A stretch of DNA of 62,817 nt, counting the filler, from Actinomycetota bacterium (GTDB taxonomy: Bacteria; Actinomycetota; Acidimicrobiia; Spongiisociales; UBA4744): NCBI GenBank assembly GCA_013152275.1. It is 6 parts of 6 records of this genome, joined end to end, with 100 filler letters (N's around TTAATTAATTAA, not from the genome) between each part and the next. Parts side by side here need not be neighbours in the genome. Positions count along the whole stretch, not along the records: positions 59,486 to 62,817 come from JAADGS010000007.1; 5 more parts are not named here. The stretch is one strand, 5' to 3'. Positions 61,006 to 62,817 of this stretch are shown here, piece by piece (the stretch's first letter is position 1; the number at the start of each line of letters is the position of its first letter). A program made the translations under genes and the position numbers. The notes beneath the pieces were generated by a model. That model was not told the DNA's origin, searched no databases, and worked only from the letters and a program-made list of their open reading frames with translations.

Positions 61006-61957
61006 GACCCTGGCCCTGGTCCTGAGCCTGATACTCTTGATGTCTCGTCAGTCCACCACCGAGGTGCCGGGGACCTCGCTGGATCAAGAAGTGCGACCAC
61101 CGGCTGCTGATCCGGGGGCAACTGTGGCGATCGTCCTCGCGACGGAAAGTCGGAGTCCGTTCGTCGCGCAGTTCTGTGCTGGCGCGGTGATCGGCTCTCG
61201 GGTCGTTCTCACCGCTGCACACTGTATCGATGGGCGCGGGGCCGAGCAGATGAACGTTGTTGCCGGTCAGGTTGACCTCTGCGAACCGACACAGTCACCG
61301 GCAGAGCGCATTCGTGTCGAAGCGATACACACTCACCCGGCGTACCGTGCTCCAAGCAAGGGCTCCGATCTAGCAGTCCTCATTCTCGACAGATCAACGA
61401 ACGCATTGCCGGTTTCAATGAGCACCGAAACCGAGATCACCGGGGAGCAGGTGATCGTCCGCGGATGGGGCCGACAGGGGACGGATGGTTCGTTCCCTTG
61501 TCAGCTCACCTCGCTTCGCACCACCGTCGTCGAACGTGCCGGGTGCGCTCGCGATCTGACTATGAGGGAAGAGGCCCTTCCCATCGATGCCTTGTGCACA
61601 ATGGGTGGCGGGCAGACTTGTGTCGGCGACAGTGGTGGCCCAGTGATCGCCGGAGAACCCGGAAAACCGAATACACCGCGCCTCGTCGGGATCGTGAGCT
61701 GGGGTCGATCATGTGCTGGTGGTACGCCAGGAATCAACACGAATGTGGCGATTCATGCGGATTGGATCTGTCGTACCATCGCAGGACTCGACGAGGACCT
61801 CCCCTCGGCATGTCTCGAGAGTCGGCGGGGTTTCTCCGCGGTATCCGGCGGCCCCATGGAAGGGACAGGGTTTCCGGAGTCGGCTGCGGAGGATGGATAC
61901 GCTGATGACCGTGCGCGCTCCGCGCGCGAAACGCTGCGAAACCATGCAAGACGGTGA
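60989..61957 (+). CDS. Secreted S1 (trypsin-fold) serine protease
   Basis: FCAGAVI, LTAAHC, DLAVL, CVGDSGGP, GIVSWG. Confidence 0.9.
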   Translation: MSCRPRTLALVLSLILLMSRQSTTEVPGTSLDQEVRPPAADPGATVAIVLATESRSPFVAQFCAGAVIGSRVVLTAAHCIDGRGAEQMNVVAGQVDLCEPTQSPAERIRVEAIHTHPAYRAPSKGSDLAVLILDRSTNALPVSMSTETEITGEQVIVRGWGRQGTDGSFPCQLTSLRTTVVERAGCARDLTMREEALPIDALCTMGGGQTCVGDSGGPVIAGEPGKPNTPRLVGIVSWGRSCAGGTPGINTNVAIHADWICRTIAGLDEDLPSACLESRRGFSAVSGGPMEGTGFPESAAEDGYADDRARSARETLRNHARR

Positions 61958-62022
61958 GAGGTGTTGAGCACAAAACCCCCGGTCAGAGCAGATATGACCC
62001 GGTCAGAGTGGTGGGGGCGCTG

Positions 62023-62069
62023 CGTTCGCAACGTAGGGGCCAGGGGTTCAAATCCCGTCACCTCCACCA
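62023..62069 (+). repeat. Duplicated 3' half of tRNA-Ala (att site)
   Basis: Anticodon loop to CCA; no 5' acceptor strand or D arm upstream. Confidence 0.9.
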
Positions 62070-62120
62070 GGAAGTAGCCCCTGTGTCCCAAGGGCAGCCC
62101 GTCATTTCAGCCTTGCTGCC

Positions 62121-62817
62121 CTACAGCTCTAATCCTCGCTCTGTGCGCGTTCTGTGAGCGATCGCGTCGGCGATGATCTGTTCGAGGCGGTCGGCGGCGA
62201 CTTCGTCGAGGGGTTCGTAGAGGTGCCCGTAGATGTCGAGGGTGGTCTTGATCGACGTGTGGCCGAGTCGTGCCTGGAGTAGCTTCGGGTGCGTGTTCGC
62301 TGCGATCAGCAGCACAGCGTGGGTATGTCTCAGGTCATGAAACCGCATGGGTTGTCCGACGGATGCCGCCACGGCGGGGAGCCAGAATCGCTGCCGGAAG
62401 CTACGGCGCCGGAGCGGGCCGCCTTGCGGTGCGGTGAAGACCCGGTCAGTGCGTCCGGTGCCGTGGTGGTCGAGGTGGGCGGCGAGTTCCCCGAACCGTG
62501 CCCCGGTGTAGCCAGCGGTCAGGACAAGGGTGCGGTGGCGGGGGTCGATGGTGTCGGCGAGGTCGTGGAGTTCGTCCACGCTGAGGAACCGCTTCTCGGT
62601 CTCGATGCGTTTGGGGAGGTTCACATCCGCACAGGGTGTGCGTTGGATGAGGGCGTCGTCTGTGGCGGCGTTGAACGCCATGGACACCGACCCGTAGGCG
62701 AGCTGGATCGTGGCAGGCGCATAGCCCTCCTCGGCGAGTTCACTGATCCAGTCCTGAACGTCGTGTCGGGTGATGTCACGGAGCCGCCGGGTACCGAAGC
62801 AGGGGAGGACGAGGGAG
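62121..62817 (-). pseudogene. Tyrosine integrase, 5' cut by window end, with an internal in-frame deletion
   Basis: TGARFGEL, FHDLRH, RLGH, YGH present, but the beta-strand/catalytic Lys segment between box I and the following helix is missing. Confidence 0.8.

Larger units (their letters stand above)
59532..62069. mobile_element. Integrase-less ~2.5-kb island bounded by 47-bp tRNA-Ala 3' direct repeats
   Basis: 59532-59578 equals 62023-62069 with one mismatch; downstream flanks are also homologous. Confidence 0.8.

Noticed and set aside
61993..62069. Second full tRNA-Ala
   Set aside because: No 5' acceptor strand or D arm; it is an att duplication.
43203..62817. Prophage or conjugative element
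   Set aside because: No capsid, terminase, tail, relaxase or T4SS genes are recognisable.

Overview
High-GC window, most consistent with an Acidimicrobiia-like actinobacterium (inferred from gene content and the Thr-rich lipoproteins). It is six contigs joined by artificial N-TTAATTAATTAA-N linkers at 18008, 22885, 39906, 43103 and 59386, so adjacency across linkers means nothing. Contig 1 holds korAB, an amidase, NiSOD with its maturation peptidase, metG and a sugar-phosphate-utilisation (SPU-type) microcompartment operon (rpiB, deoC, aldehyde dehydrogenase, 6 shell genes). Contig 2 holds a sensor kinase, RidA and an orphan Tat solute-binding protein. Contig 3 is an anaerobic aromatic-acid cluster: 4-hydroxybenzoyl-CoA reductase-like hcrCAB, TetR, ATP-dependent benzoyl-CoA reductase, a small Cys protein, an ABC importer and a PaaK-like ligase. 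Contig 4 has an acyl-CoA dehydrogenase and a CoA ligase. Contig 5 appears to be a tandem stack of large-serine-recombinase elements. Their att core (GTGTCGGAGG, antisense to a tRNA-Leu-like 3' end) lies inside the 3' end of the recombinase gene, so recombination would swap the enzyme's own C-terminal tail, and one tail ends in an ssrA-like -VAA. Both full-length recombinase copies are preceded by a conserved 65-aa ORF, and the cargo is defence and secreted cell-wall genes. Contig 6 is a second tandem array at tRNA-Ala(CGC), with an integrase-less cassette followed by an internally deleted tyrosine integrase. A shared REP-like repeat family lies at four contig ends. All calls come from reading the sequence and translations by eye; no searches were run.
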